IMG/VR virus record: IMGVR_UViG_3300042564_002819 | Span: 1 to 64,000 of that record | Direction: 5' to 3' (one strand) | Length of the DNA stretch: 64,000 nucleotides | Shown: piece after piece, positions 43,005-53,180 of the stretch | Layout: every line of letters starts with the position of its first letter | How positions within the stretch are numbered: position 1 is the first letter of the stretch | Program-made: the position numbers and the translations under genes | The notes under the pieces: generated by a model | Seen by the model: the letters and a program-made list of their open reading frames with translations, nothing else | Database searches by the model: none | What the model was told of the DNA's origin: nothing

Positions 43005-44276
43005 ATGGGTAGATTATACATAAACGATGTAGAAAAATTTATTTTACAAAAACTAAAAAAACCAGATATAACACACCCAGCAATTTATGTTAATCCAGGA
43101 ATAGTAGACTTATCCACTATTCCTTATAAAATTTATAATAAGGATCAAGATTTCTTATTACTTAAAAACGATGTAAGTAACATTTCTATAAAAGTAGAAG
43201 TTAACAACAAAATACATGATTTTTATATTATAAATAAACAATTTGTTAGCACAAATACTTGTAAGTTTTCTAAAGATTCTAATTTATCATTTGGATACGG
43301 TTTAACTGCTTTACCTAATTTGCCTTTGCTTCCTTTTATAGAAAAGTTTAAAATTCCTAAAGACATTGAAGTTATGTCATGGTGGGATGAATGTGTAAAC
43401 AGTGCAAAACATATAAAAGAAAGATATAAAGATATCTTTCTTTGTTTAAGTGGAGGATTAGATTCTGAACTTATGGCTCTTGCATTTATCGATGCTAATG
43501 TTAAATTTACGGCATTTTCTTTAGTTTATAAGCATAAAGATAAAATATTAAACGAACACGATATTAAACACGCTGTTGATTTATGTAAAAAATATAACAT
43601 AAAACTTGTTACCAAAGATGTGAATATTCTAGAAGATCTATATAACAACAGACATAGAGAATATTTTATAAACGGAGTTTATGAAACTTATTTTATTCTG
43701 CCATATCTTTATACTCAACAACTTATGATCGAACACATAAACAAGTTAGGCGGCGTTCCGATCATGGCCTCAGATCAGGTCGAAATGAAACTGAATAAAG
43801 ATGGCGAAGTATGCATCGGAGACTGTTCTTATTCTATAGGCCTTTCTGCTCCTACGTGGGCACACTTGACTAACAACACATGCATTTATGATTTTTTTAT
43901 GTATAGTCCAGAGCAAATATATGCATTTTTAAAACTAGAAGATGTGCAATCAACCAAGACAGTCGATTATAATTTTAAAAGAAAAGTTAGTATGATGCAT
44001 GGATCTCAAAAATTAAAATTTTATGAGAAAATAACAGGCTACGAATACATCAAGGAATCACTATTAATATACTATAAAAAAGAAATGCACGAAATTACAT
44101 TTAACACAATCGAAGATATTGACTGGACTAAAAAACCAATGGCACAGTTTATACATCCAATAAAAGATATAATTTCTGAAAATGAATTTAACAACTGGCA
44201 AATTATTAGAACAACATCAAATGACTTTTTAGCAAGAGGATTTAAAGAAAATGACCCACTATACTACGACATATAA
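43005..44276 (+). CDS. PP-loop (asparagine synthase-like) adenine nucleotide alpha-hydrolase
   Basis: FLCLSGGLDSE PP-loop after an N-terminal domain of about 120 aa. Confidence 0.6.
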   Translation: MGRLYINDVEKFILQKLKKPDITHPAIYVNPGIVDLSTIPYKIYNKDQDFLLLKNDVSNISIKVEVNNKIHDFYIINKQFVSTNTCKFSKDSNLSFGYGLTALPNLPLLPFIEKFKIPKDIEVMSWWDECVNSAKHIKERYKDIFLCLSGGLDSELMALAFIDANVKFTAFSLVYKHKDKILNEHDIKHAVDLCKKYNIKLVTKDVNILEDLYNNRHREYFINGVYETYFILPYLYTQQLMIEHINKLGGVPIMASDQVEMKLNKDGEVCIGDCSYSIGLSAPTWAHLTNNTCIYDFFMYSPEQIYAFLKLEDVQSTKTVDYNFKRKVSMMHGSQKLKFYEKITGYEYIKESLLIYYKKEMHEITFNTIEDIDWTKKPMAQFIHPIKDIISENEFNNWQIIRTTSNDFLARGFKENDPLYYDI

Positions 44277-45600
44277 AAATTTTAAAAAAATAATTATCCT
44301 CGGTGCAGGTAGCATTTCTAATGCACTGTTACCGTTAATATACAAACACATCGAAAATCCTAATGTTACAATTATTTCTGAAGATAACCGAAATAGTGAC
44401 ATCACTGAACAATACAATCTTACTAGAATTTTAAAAAAAATTGAGAAAGATTCTTACAAAGAGCTTCTGTCAAATTATACATCCGACGGTGATCTAGTAA
44501 TTAACTTAACAGTCGACGTGTCTTCACAAGATTTAATCGATTATTGCATGTTAAACAATTTAAATTATATAGATACATGTATTCAACCGTGGCCAGGATT
44601 TTTTGACAACTTTTCGATGTCAGACAGTGAAAGATCAAATTATGGATTAAGAAACAAACTAATCAGTACAAAAAACGATAGAAAAAATAAATCTACAGCT
44701 ATTGTATCGCACGGTGCTAATCCCGGGTTAGTAAACCACATAGTTAAAGACGGAATTTTAAGAATATCAAAAATTCTTGGATACGAAGATACACCCACAA
44801 ATAAAATTGAATGGGCAGAGCTTTCTAAAAAAATAGGACTTAAAACAATACACGTATCTGAGAGAGATTCGCAATTTGACTTATCCGAAAAAAAGAAAAA
44901 CGAATTCGTGAATACTTGGAGCGTTGATGGTTTTATTGCCGAGGGAATATTGCCTGCAGAACTCGGTTGGGGTACACACGAACTAGAAATGCCATCGCAA
45001 GGCTGCAACCACGAATACGGAACAAAGTCATCCATTTTCTTAAAAACTCCCGGATGTTCTACAAAAGTAAAAACATGGACGCCAAGTCATAAAAGTATCG
45101 TAGGCTATTTAATAACACATCAGGAATCTATGTCAATTGCAGAATTTTTAACAACTGATCACTATAGACCGACTGTGCATTATGCATATTGTCCGTGTGA
45201 TGTAGCATCCGAAAGTCTTGAAGAATTAGTTAAAAGAAACTTAAAAGGTCAAGATAATGCAAGAATAATGACAGACTCTCTAGTCGGCGGTATGGACGAG
45301 TTAGGAGTTTTGTTTATGGGAGATTTTGGTGCATACTGGCTAGGAAGTCAACTAAGCATCGACGAAACTAGATCATTGATTAGTCATAATAATGCAACTA
45401 GTCTACAAGTAGTTGCACCGTTGTTTGCTGCAATGCTCTGGGTTAACGAGAACACACATTGCGGATTACTAGAACCTGATGATTTGCCCTATGACTTTAT
45501 TTTAGACAAGTCGATGCCGTATCTCGGTAAGTATGTATTTGTAAAATCAGACTTTACTGTGAAAGATTGGCAATTTGTAAATTTTCTAGTAAGTGAGTAA
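44251..45600 (+). CDS. hss: Homospermidine synthase
   Basis: IILGAGSI Rossmann, YIDTCIQPW, HGANPGLV, NTWSVDGF..EG, WGTHE, GMDELGV, NATSLQV. Confidence 0.87.
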   Translation: MTHYTTTYKNFKKIIILGAGSISNALLPLIYKHIENPNVTIISEDNRNSDITEQYNLTRILKKIEKDSYKELLSNYTSDGDLVINLTVDVSSQDLIDYCMLNNLNYIDTCIQPWPGFFDNFSMSDSERSNYGLRNKLISTKNDRKNKSTAIVSHGANPGLVNHIVKDGILRISKILGYEDTPTNKIEWAELSKKIGLKTIHVSERDSQFDLSEKKKNEFVNTWSVDGFIAEGILPAELGWGTHELEMPSQGCNHEYGTKSSIFLKTPGCSTKVKTWTPSHKSIVGYLITHQESMSIAEFLTTDHYRPTVHYAYCPCDVASESLEELVKRNLKGQDNARIMTDSLVGGMDELGVLFMGDFGAYWLGSQLSIDETRSLISHNNATSLQVVAPLFAAMLWVNENTHCGLLEPDDLPYDFILDKSMPYLGKYVFVKSDFTVKDWQFVNFLVSE

Positions 45601-45614
45601 TCACTTACTAGAAA
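45583..45614. terminator. Hairpin formed by the 3' ends of two convergent genes
   Basis: TTTCTAGTAAGTGA-GTAA-TCACTTACTAGAAA, 14-bp stem with GNRA loop on the + strand. Confidence 0.65.
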
Positions 45615-46182
45615 TAATTGTTGCAACTAAATGTATTCTTTCTTTTGTACTAGCATTAAACGCTGTATGCTTTTTCTGAGTTTCTGTATACCACCATTTA
45701 TTTTTTTCTAAGTGACACACTTGATCTTCTATTACCATTAAGCATCCTTCTTGAGTTTGCATAGGATAATGAACTCTTACATTATGGTCAACATGCCACG
45801 ACAAGCATGTTTTTGGTCTTGATTTCATTATTCTAACTCTGCCCAAGACAAACATACTGTCTAATGCGTTATATGCAGTTTCAAAAAGTGTTCCATGAAA
45901 TCTTGTGCATAGGTGTTTAAAATCTTCTTCTTTTAAAGGATTTTCTCGTACAACAGGATTAGTTGGAATTCCTGATTTAATATCTATCCCTGCTTTGTCC
46001 CAATCTAAATCTAAACTACCAACTCCGTGATGTATATTGTCCGGTTGATCGTCTGTAGTATTTAAACAGATTTGGTTTGGTTCTCTTGGAGAAAAATTAA
46101 TAATATTCATATCTAATAATCTGTTATACTCTTCTATTAAATTAAGTATAGGCAATCCAGATATTTCGCGAAAGTTTTCCAT
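45601..46182 (-). CDS. Aspartyl/asparaginyl beta-hydroxylase-like 2OG-Fe(II) oxygenase
   Basis: RVRIMKSRPKTCLSWHVD (HxD), RVHYPM, HTAFN...RIHLV. Confidence 0.75.
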   Translation of the reverse strand: MENFREISGLPILNLIEEYNRLLDMNIINFSPREPNQICLNTTDDQPDNIHHGVGSLDLDWDKAGIDIKSGIPTNPVVRENPLKEEDFKHLCTRFHGTLFETAYNALDSMFVLGRVRIMKSRPKTCLSWHVDHNVRVHYPMQTQEGCLMVIEDQVCHLEKNKWWYTETQKKHTAFNASTKERIHLVATIISSK

Positions 46183-46195
46183 TTTTTCCTTTTTA

Positions 46196-46726
46196 TTACT
46201 TTGGCAATATTGTCATTGATGTCAATCTATAACTACGAGTCATATTCACAGAATCTATAATAAATTGTGCAGCATCATTAGTATTTATAAAGCTAGATGG
46301 ATTGACCATACTTAAAATCCGTTCAGTGCCTATATAACCAAATCTAAACATAGTAACCTTGCACGGTTTGTTCATATTAGCTAACTGCTCGTTGGCTTTT
46401 TCTAAGCTTGCTTTTTGTGCTGAATATTCGTGAGGATGGCGTTTGATTCCATCTGTAGTATTACTACCAATGTTTATAATAATTTTGTCAAGTTCTGCCC
46501 ATCTATCCCACAATTCATATAGTAACTGTGTTTGAGCATATCCATCATGTGCATTATTAATAAACACATCGCAATGTATAGATTTGTCGATAATGCACTG
46601 TCTACTTAACGGATCTGTTATATCATATCCGGTTGATGTACTAAATCCTACAACTTTGTCATTGCCTACTAAATTAACAATTGCTTTTCCTAAACCATTA
46701 GTATGACCTGTTATTGCAATATTCAT
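46196..46726 (-). CDS. Short-chain dehydrogenase/reductase
   Basis: IAITGHTNGLG, DVFINNA, IINIGS, YSAQK (YxxxK). Confidence 0.82.
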   Translation of the reverse strand: MNIAITGHTNGLGKAIVNLVGNDKVVGFSTSTGYDITDPLSRQCIIDKSIHCDVFINNAHDGYAQTQLLYELWDRWAELDKIIINIGSNTTDGIKRHPHEYSAQKASLEKANEQLANMNKPCKVTMFRFGYIGTERILSMVNPSSFINTNDAAQFIIDSVNMTRSYRLTSMTILPK

Positions 46727-46743
46727 AATTTTATAATTTCCTT

Positions 46744-47796
46744 TTATTTTTTTAATACATCCGATAACTCTGGGATATACTTATCTATACTTTTTTTCAA
46801 TATAAGATCTTGGTACTTTGTTTTTTCCACTAACATCTTATTAAGTTTGTAATTATATTTGTAATCTTTTATAAAACTAGAATTGTAATTGTTTTTATGT
46901 TTTTCTATATATTCCGGTGGCAATGAGTTTAGCGTAAATTCTACAGGATCTTTTATAAGAACAGGATTATGTTCTAAATTAAACTCTTTACTAAAATTAT
47001 TTAATTGTTCTATATTATGAAAATTATATGCCTGCACTACTGTATGAATGTATCTCATACTTTTCTTGTTGTTGTTTTTAAAAAAATCTTCCCATTTTTC
47101 TAAATTTTTAACTACCGAGTCCCATTTACATCCATCACGTATAAATTCGTTAACTCTTTCAGTGCCGTCTATACTGTACCCAACAAAAATTTCATCTGCA
47201 TTAAGTAGTTGTGTTTCGAACTTTTCTGGTGATACAGTCAGATTTGTGTTAATGTAAAATTTTATTTTATTATCACTATGATTTTTAATAAAATTAAAAA
47301 TGTTTTCTATTTCATCTGTAAGTAATGGCTCTCCACCAAGGTATTTTATTGTATTAACCTGTGTTCCAGTAATGCTTTTTAATAATTTTTCTATATTATA
47401 GGAAACTACTCCAGCAGTTTTTAAATTATCTTCAGTTTTCTTCCAAAGACTGCTATGTTTCGGATCGCACATGCGACACCGGCTATTGCATTTATTGCTT
47501 ACCGCAATTTCTAACATATCAAAGACATTTATGTCAGACTGACAATAAAAACTATAGCTATCTCTAACAGAATGCATCCCTAGCATTTCTGTTTTCTTAC
47601 ACGATAAGCACCCTTTGTCCCATGAATCTCCTTCCATATTTTTTCTTATAGAAGCAATATAATCCGAATTTAAAAATTCTAAAGGTGTTAAATCATCTAC
47701 TGTGTACGGACTTGTTTCAGGATATTCGCAGCAAGGTCTATATTTTCCACTAATTTCTACACATACTTGATTATATAACGCTTTACATAAGGGCAT
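46744..47796 (-). CDS. Radical SAM protein with N-terminal SPASM/twitch-like domain
   Basis: CNSRCRMC, LGGEP; N-terminal CKA...RPCC...CLSC. Confidence 0.88.
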   Translation of the reverse strand: MPLCKALYNQVCVEISGKYRPCCEYPETSPYTVDDLTPLEFLNSDYIASIRKNMEGDSWDKGCLSCKKTEMLGMHSVRDSYSFYCQSDINVFDMLEIAVSNKCNSRCRMCDPKHSSLWKKTEDNLKTAGVVSYNIEKLLKSITGTQVNTIKYLGGEPLLTDEIENIFNFIKNHSDNKIKFYINTNLTVSPEKFETQLLNADEIFVGYSIDGTERVNEFIRDGCKWDSVVKNLEKWEDFFKNNNKKSMRYIHTVVQAYNFHNIEQLNNFSKEFNLEHNPVLIKDPVEFTLNSLPPEYIEKHKNNYNSSFIKDYKYNYKLNKMLVEKTKYQDLILKKSIDKYIPELSDVLKK

Positions 47797-48914
47797 TATA
47801 ATTCTTTCTTAAACTTTGGAATTTTACTATCTGCACTGCTTACACAACTAGATGTTATGCACGGCATAGGTTTGTCAAACAATTTAAATCCTGTTTCGAT
47901 ATTACCCAACGGAACATCGTGGCATGAATACGAACGTTTAACCGATCCATCCGGCTCTCTAATAATTATGCCCTGGTATCCTGCATTGCAACTCCAACCT
48001 TTAAAGTTATTGAAGTTAAACGCATTAAATCGTTCGGCCTGATCCATATACCATTTTTCGCCTTTAGAGTCGGTAAACTCTACTTGCATGTGCCACGGCA
48101 CAGTAGCATCATTACGTCCTATTGTGTAGTCAGGAAGTTCAAATGTCGGAGTCGGTCTGTTTGCCCAGATACGTTTGTTTTCTGTATATGCTCGTTGTGG
48201 CATTCCGTTCCACAGTCTCTTAAGCATATCAGGAGTATAACCATCTACTACCCTGCTAGCAGTAGGATCACTTTGTGGCTTGAGTGTAACGTTAATTCCC
48301 TGTTCGTGGAAGAATAAAGCATTTTCCCAATCCTTTTCGAACCATTCTGGAACCATAACCATATTGATTGTAATTTGTATATCATATTCTTGACACAGGA
48401 TTAACTTGTCTGCAAAATCCTGCATCTTTTCCTTTGTGTCTAAATGTTCTGTATGCAAGCTAGCAGTAATACTTGCACGATGAAAGGGCTTAGAATATTC
48501 TACGTATTGTTCAAACCATTTCATTGGCCTTGAACAATTTGATGTCATATGAATGGAAGTGTAATTAGTATTAGAAACATCATCAGCAAGATATTTGAGA
48601 ATATCCAAATACCCAGGGTGAAAAGTAGGCTCGCCACCAGATAAACTAAAATGAAAGCTATTAAAACCGTTATCACGTGCTTGACGTTTTATTTCGTCGA
48701 TTGTTTTGAGACATAGCTCTGTAGGTCGATGATCTTTTGTGTTGGATCTTGCGTACGGCCAACAATAGCTGCATCTGTAGTTGCAGAATCTTCCAAGGAG
48801 CCAAGATACAGTAAATAAGTCTCTATATAAGAGTGTCCGTTGGCCGACTTGGACAATGTCGTCAAACGGGATTTTGGTAAAGTCATAATTGCTCCATTTT
48901 AAATCTTCGGTCAT
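47796..48914 (-). CDS. Radical SAM protein with C-terminal twitch-like domain
   Basis: CNYRCSYC, SGGEP, TSN; C-terminal CNAG...SC...CITSSC. Confidence 0.88.
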   Translation of the reverse strand: MTEDLKWSNYDFTKIPFDDIVQVGQRTLLYRDLFTVSWLLGRFCNYRCSYCWPYARSNTKDHRPTELCLKTIDEIKRQARDNGFNSFHFSLSGGEPTFHPGYLDILKYLADDVSNTNYTSIHMTSNCSRPMKWFEQYVEYSKPFHRASITASLHTEHLDTKEKMQDFADKLILCQEYDIQITINMVMVPEWFEKDWENALFFHEQGINVTLKPQSDPTASRVVDGYTPDMLKRLWNGMPQRAYTENKRIWANRPTPTFELPDYTIGRNDATVPWHMQVEFTDSKGEKWYMDQAERFNAFNFNNFKGWSCNAGYQGIIIREPDGSVKRSYSCHDVPLGNIETGFKLFDKPMPCITSSCVSSADSKIPKFKKEL

Positions 48915-48920
48915 ATTTTT

Positions 48921-48948
48921 AGTATAACACCTTTCTCGTATTTGTCAA
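48921..48948 (-). promoter_or_regulatory. Sigma70-type promoter, probably leaderless
   Basis: Minus strand TTGACA-16nt-TATACT; ATG at 48914 is the 7th nt after the -10 box. Confidence 0.65.
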
Positions 48949-48979
48949 TTATGTTTATATTTAACAGATAAGTATTAGC

Positions 48980-49942
48980 ATGATTTATGACGAGCTCACT
49001 CATTTTAAAAACTATGTATTTGTAGATTGGGATATAAGTAGTCGCTGCAATTACAATTGCTATTACTGCACACCCGAGTCACATGACGGAAAAATAAATT
49101 TTCCCGATATAACTGTTGCAAAAAAAGTAGTCGAAAAAATAGAGAAAGAATACAGTTCTTGTAAAGAATTTGCAGTGTATAATCTTTTAGGTGGAGAACC
49201 TACTATATGGAATGATTTGCCAGAATTTAGCAAATATATCAAATCTATTAACAACAAAAATATATTACAATTGTTGACAAACGGCAATAGAACACTAAGA
49301 TGGTGGGAAAATTCTGCACCATACATAGATAAAATTATTGTTAGTGTGCATGTTGCACAAACCGATATTGTTAAATTAGTAGAAAAGTTTAACAAGCTAG
49401 CAGATAAAATCTATATAGACTTTCAATTTGCAATGGATGTTGCAGTGTTTGATCAAGCCGTTGAAGATTATTATTATGCTTATAACAACCTGCATGAAAA
49501 TATTTGTTTATATTCTAAGCCTTTACGGAAAGTGTTAAATAACACCGAATTGATGCCATATACAGAATTGCAAATTGAAACTATTAAAAAGTTACCATCT
49601 AAATGGAGCAGATCTATCGAAATATTCGAAACTCCTATGGTTAAAAAGCTTAACGGAACAGTTGTAGACCCTGCTGTTAATATTGGTAAATTAGTTTTAT
49701 CAAAAGAAAACAACTGGTACGGATGGGCTTGTTGGATTGGCATAGATACTATTACTATTAATCGATACGGAAATGTTAAAATAGGTTCTGGTTGCAACCC
49801 CGACCTAGTGCTCGGTAATATAAATTCTTTAGATTTTAAATTTCCACTGATTCCTGTCAAGTGTAAATATACTACTTGTGGATGTTTTGCTGATATATCT
49901 ACAACAAAAAAATTAAACTACACAGGACCTATGATTCTTTAA
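48980..49942 (+). CDS. Radical SAM protein with C-terminal twitch-like domain
   Basis: CNYNCYYC, LGGEP, TNG; C-terminal CWIG...GC...CKYTTCGC. Confidence 0.88.
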   Translation: MIYDELTHFKNYVFVDWDISSRCNYNCYYCTPESHDGKINFPDITVAKKVVEKIEKEYSSCKEFAVYNLLGGEPTIWNDLPEFSKYIKSINNKNILQLLTNGNRTLRWWENSAPYIDKIIVSVHVAQTDIVKLVEKFNKLADKIYIDFQFAMDVAVFDQAVEDYYYAYNNLHENICLYSKPLRKVLNNTELMPYTELQIETIKKLPSKWSRSIEIFETPMVKKLNGTVVDPAVNIGKLVLSKENNWYGWACWIGIDTITINRYGNVKIGSGCNPDLVLGNINSLDFKFPLIPVKCKYTTCGCFADISTTKKLNYTGPMIL

Positions 49943-51417
49943 TATAGCTTATTAAATTTTTCTAAATGTGCATTTACGATTTTTTCCATATGTGAATTTT
50001 TGCCATATACTTCGTTTATTAAATTCCATATTTCCGATATTCTCTTCTTTCTGACTTCCGGAGAATTGTCTTTATACTTCCAATTAAGAGAACTATTATA
50101 ATATTCTAAATCGTCCTTTATAGTCTCATAAATTATAGAATCCTTATCTAATATCAATGTATTTCCGAATCCAAAATGAATTAGTGGAGTTTGCGAGTAA
50201 TCGCCGACCTTTGTATCAAGATATCCTATCTCTTTTAATTTTCTAATAGTGTCTAATGTTATCTTGTGATCTTCATCTGTTTCAGTTGGATATCCAACTA
50301 TCATTAGCAAACTGTGTTGTATTCTATTTTTTTGAAGTTGTTCAAGGCAAAACCACATATCTTCATCTTTGATCTTTTTACCCATATGAAATCTAACACT
50401 TTCACTAAAGCTTTCTAGTCCAACATCAAGTCCGTGACATCCGCTATCTTTCATTAACTGAAAATCCTCTGCTGTACACTGTGATTGAGGTCGCATAATC
50501 CATTGACTGCTCCAAGTAAAACCAGGGTCTGTTTTTCTATATTCTTTTAATAAATTTAGTAATTCTCTAAATGTTTTCATACTTCCGTTTATTAAGCTAT
50601 CGGTAAAATGAAAATCTGTTCGGTTCCAGAGTTTACGAATTTCTACTATCTCAGTAAAAATACTTTTAGCAGATCTAAATTTATACTTCGGCCAAAGTCG
50701 ATGTATATCGCAAAATGTACAATTTTTAACACACCCTCTACTTCCAGTTATGTAAACAGTTTTTCCGTTTTTAAACCTGTTAGGATATAAAGTCCATTCT
50801 ATATCGCTATAGTCAGGTATTAGTACAGTTGACAAATCTTCAACTTGGTGTGCTTCGTCTGAGTTAATTCCAGGAGCAGACACATTACCTTTTAATAATT
50901 CAACTAAAGAAAATTCTGCATCTCCGTGTATAAAAAAATCAATCAAACCTCTATTGAGCGGATACTGAGCTCGATAACCACGAACGTCGGCGCCGCCCCA
51001 AATAATCTTTGTGTTAGGTAAGTATTTTTTTATTAACATAGAAAAGTAAATTGCAAAAGTTCTACTATACTCAGTTAGCAAACTCATGCCTACAAATCTT
51101 GGTTTTAATTTTTTTAAATCGTTAATAACACTATTTGTCCAATTTTTATATTTTTTAAGAAAAATTTTATGTTCTTTTTCTAAAGAATAATCCCACTCGG
51201 TTACAAATATTTTATCATCATTTTTAAAGAAATACTTTTCTTTTTCCTCATCGGACATTATATTATACAATTGTATATTTAGGTCTATTATTTTGCATGA
51301 AAATCCTTCTGCAGAAAGATGACTTTTAAGAATTGCCGGACCTACTGTAGGAGCATATGGATCTATTTTTGGTATTACTAATATTGCTATATCTACCATT
51401 TTATATATCTTTTCCAT
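49939..51417 (-). CDS. Cobalamin-binding (class B-like) radical SAM protein
   Basis: N-terminal B12-binding-like domain (P.VGPAILKS, IIWGG, GDAE), GSRGCVKNCTFC, FTDSLING, GLES, IVGYPTET. Confidence 0.85.
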   Translation of the reverse strand: MEKIYKMVDIAILVIPKIDPYAPTVGPAILKSHLSAEGFSCKIIDLNIQLYNIMSDEEKEKYFFKNDDKIFVTEWDYSLEKEHKIFLKKYKNWTNSVINDLKKLKPRFVGMSLLTEYSRTFAIYFSMLIKKYLPNTKIIWGGADVRGYRAQYPLNRGLIDFFIHGDAEFSLVELLKGNVSAPGINSDEAHQVEDLSTVLIPDYSDIEWTLYPNRFKNGKTVYITGSRGCVKNCTFCDIHRLWPKYKFRSAKSIFTEIVEIRKLWNRTDFHFTDSLINGSMKTFRELLNLLKEYRKTDPGFTWSSQWIMRPQSQCTAEDFQLMKDSGCHGLDVGLESFSESVRFHMGKKIKDEDMWFCLEQLQKNRIQHSLLMIVGYPTETDEDHKITLDTIRKLKEIGYLDTKVGDYSQTPLIHFGFGNTLILDKDSIIYETIKDDLEYYNSSLNWKYKDNSPEVRKKRISEIWNLINEVYGKNSHMEKIVNAHLEKFNKLY

Positions 51418-52024
51418 TATTTAATAAGCTATGATACCACCCGTTTGGTCGGAGACACCCTCTTCTATTTGTATAGTCTATATTATGTAAATCTAAAAAT
51501 TGTTTTATTTGTAAACATAATTCGTTGTATTTGTCTTGATTATTTGCAAAAAATAAAAATCCCTTGTATAATAATACAGGATATAGTTCTTTGTTATTTA
51601 TGCACACACTAATGTCAACAGTTCGTGTTAGTTCTGCACCGAACCCACATATTGCCATACAAGTTTTTTTAAATTGTTTGTTTAAAAAATATGTTTTGTA
51701 ATCTATGTTATAGGCATCAGTAAATAAAAAATCAAGAGAATTGCTATTAAGATTAGAAGTTCCATCTCCTATGTCTATAGTCAGATTCGGTATTTTTTGT
51801 TTCCACGACTCGTATAAAACTAATAATCTTTCTTTTTCTACTTGTTGCTGAGAATCTTGAAAGTTTTCATAAAAGCTTAACGTGTTAAGAAATTTTGCTT
51901 TATTTAAAAAACAACTGCATATATCTTGCCCATCGTATATTCCAATCATTGCTGAATTTTTAAACAATTCTGATTTGGATTCGATTAAATTTGCTATTAA
52001 ATTATATTTTATTGTTGGTATCAT
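51401..52024 (-). CDS. Hypothetical protein
   Basis: ORF between two radical SAM genes; probable start MIPTIKYN at 52024 (track start 52087). Confidence 0.55.
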   Translation of the reverse strand: MIPTIKYNLIANLIESKSELFKNSAMIGIYDGQDICSCFLNKAKFLNTLSFYENFQDSQQQVEKERLLVLYESWKQKIPNLTIDIGDGTSNLNSNSLDFLFTDAYNIDYKTYFLNKQFKKTCMAICGFGAELTRTVDISVCINNKELYPVLLYKGFLFFANNQDKYNELCLQIKQFLDLHNIDYTNRRGCLRPNGWYHSLLNNGKDI

Positions 52025-52035
52025 TTTAAAGTTTT

Positions 52036-53145
52036 TTATAAATTTACTTTCATGTTTTGTTCTTGTTCTCGTTTTACAATGCCACATGTTTTAATGCACC
52101 TAGGTATTACATTATCATCACCCCAAGATTTTTCTAACTCTTCAGAAAAGAATTTATGCAATAATATTTCTGCCCATGATTTATCTTTCAAAGACAACTC
52201 TGTAAGAGGATATTTTAATTCGGCTTCTGAAAATTTTCTAAAAGATTCGTTGTCATCACTTATATAACAACACGGAAATACTTCTAGTCTGCTATTTACA
52301 TATATCTTTTTTGCTTCTTGATATATGCAAGATATTTTCCATTTGGAGAGTTTTTCAACCGGATTGTAATTTCCTGTGGTAAATTCAGTTACTGATAGTT
52401 GGTTGTTTAGTGATTCCATAATTTCATCATGAGAATGTGTACTTTTAGATCTAACTATAGATTTCATAGTGTCATGACTAGGATGTCGCAAATCTTTTTG
52501 AATAGGAGGTTCGAGATAGTGTGTAATTTCTTTTTTAGAATTCATAACAGGAAAAGGATCAAAGTTATCAAACCGCGGAGTTCGACGTATTCTAAAATCG
52601 TTAACACCAATTTCGGATGCTATATTTTTACATTTTTCAATCTCATGTTCGTTATGCTTAAATGCTAAAAAGTCCCATCGTACTTTTACAGAACCTTTGC
52701 AGCATATTTTCATATGAGAAAGTATTTTATTAATATGAGTATTTTGTCTGTACAAATGGTTAGTTTCTATACCATCAACCCCGAAAGTTATTCTATCATT
52801 TTTATCTAAAATTTCTACTAATTTTTCCCACCAGCTATCTGTTTTGAGACTTCCATTTGTAAATATTTCAATGTTTAGATTTCTGCTTTTAGCTTTATAT
52901 ATTGCTTCAAATAAATATCTCGAAGCAATAGGATCACCGTGTGTTCCGCAAAAATAAACACGTTTTAGATTTGGCAACTCTTCGGAAAATACTTTGTCTA
53001 TGTCCTCTAACGACCACTCCGTTAATCCAAGTCCTGGTCGGTCTACGGATCCAAATATATTTCTATTACACATAGGACAGGATGCGTTACATTTGTTTGT
53101 AATCTCTACATGCATCTCTTCTATTGTGTCAGTTCTTAAAAACAT
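52036..53145 (-). CDS. Radical SAM protein with C-terminal twitch-like domain
   Basis: CNASCPMC, FCGTHGDP, TNG; C-terminal C...FPCC...CIKTC. Confidence 0.88.
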   Translation of the reverse strand: MFLRTDTIEEMHVEITNKCNASCPMCNRNIFGSVDRPGLGLTEWSLEDIDKVFSEELPNLKRVYFCGTHGDPIASRYLFEAIYKAKSRNLNIEIFTNGSLKTDSWWEKLVEILDKNDRITFGVDGIETNHLYRQNTHINKILSHMKICCKGSVKVRWDFLAFKHNEHEIEKCKNIASEIGVNDFRIRRTPRFDNFDPFPVMNSKKEITHYLEPPIQKDLRHPSHDTMKSIVRSKSTHSHDEIMESLNNQLSVTEFTTGNYNPVEKLSKWKISCIYQEAKKIYVNSRLEVFPCCYISDDNESFRKFSEAELKYPLTELSLKDKSWAEILLHKFFSEELEKSWGDDNVIPRCIKTCGIVKREQEQNMKVNL

Positions 53146-53158
53146 GTTTTTTAAATCC

Positions 53159-53180
53159 TATAAATATATGCATGTATTTA
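53159..53180. promoter_or_regulatory. Divergent late-type promoter boxes
   Basis: Exact TATAAATA on + at 53159..53166; TAAATA on - at 53175..53180, between divergent genes. Confidence 0.5.

Noticed and set aside
44251-45600. Saccharopine dehydrogenase call
   Set aside because: NTWSVDGF, WGTHE and GMDELGV are characteristic of homospermidine synthase within that superfamily.
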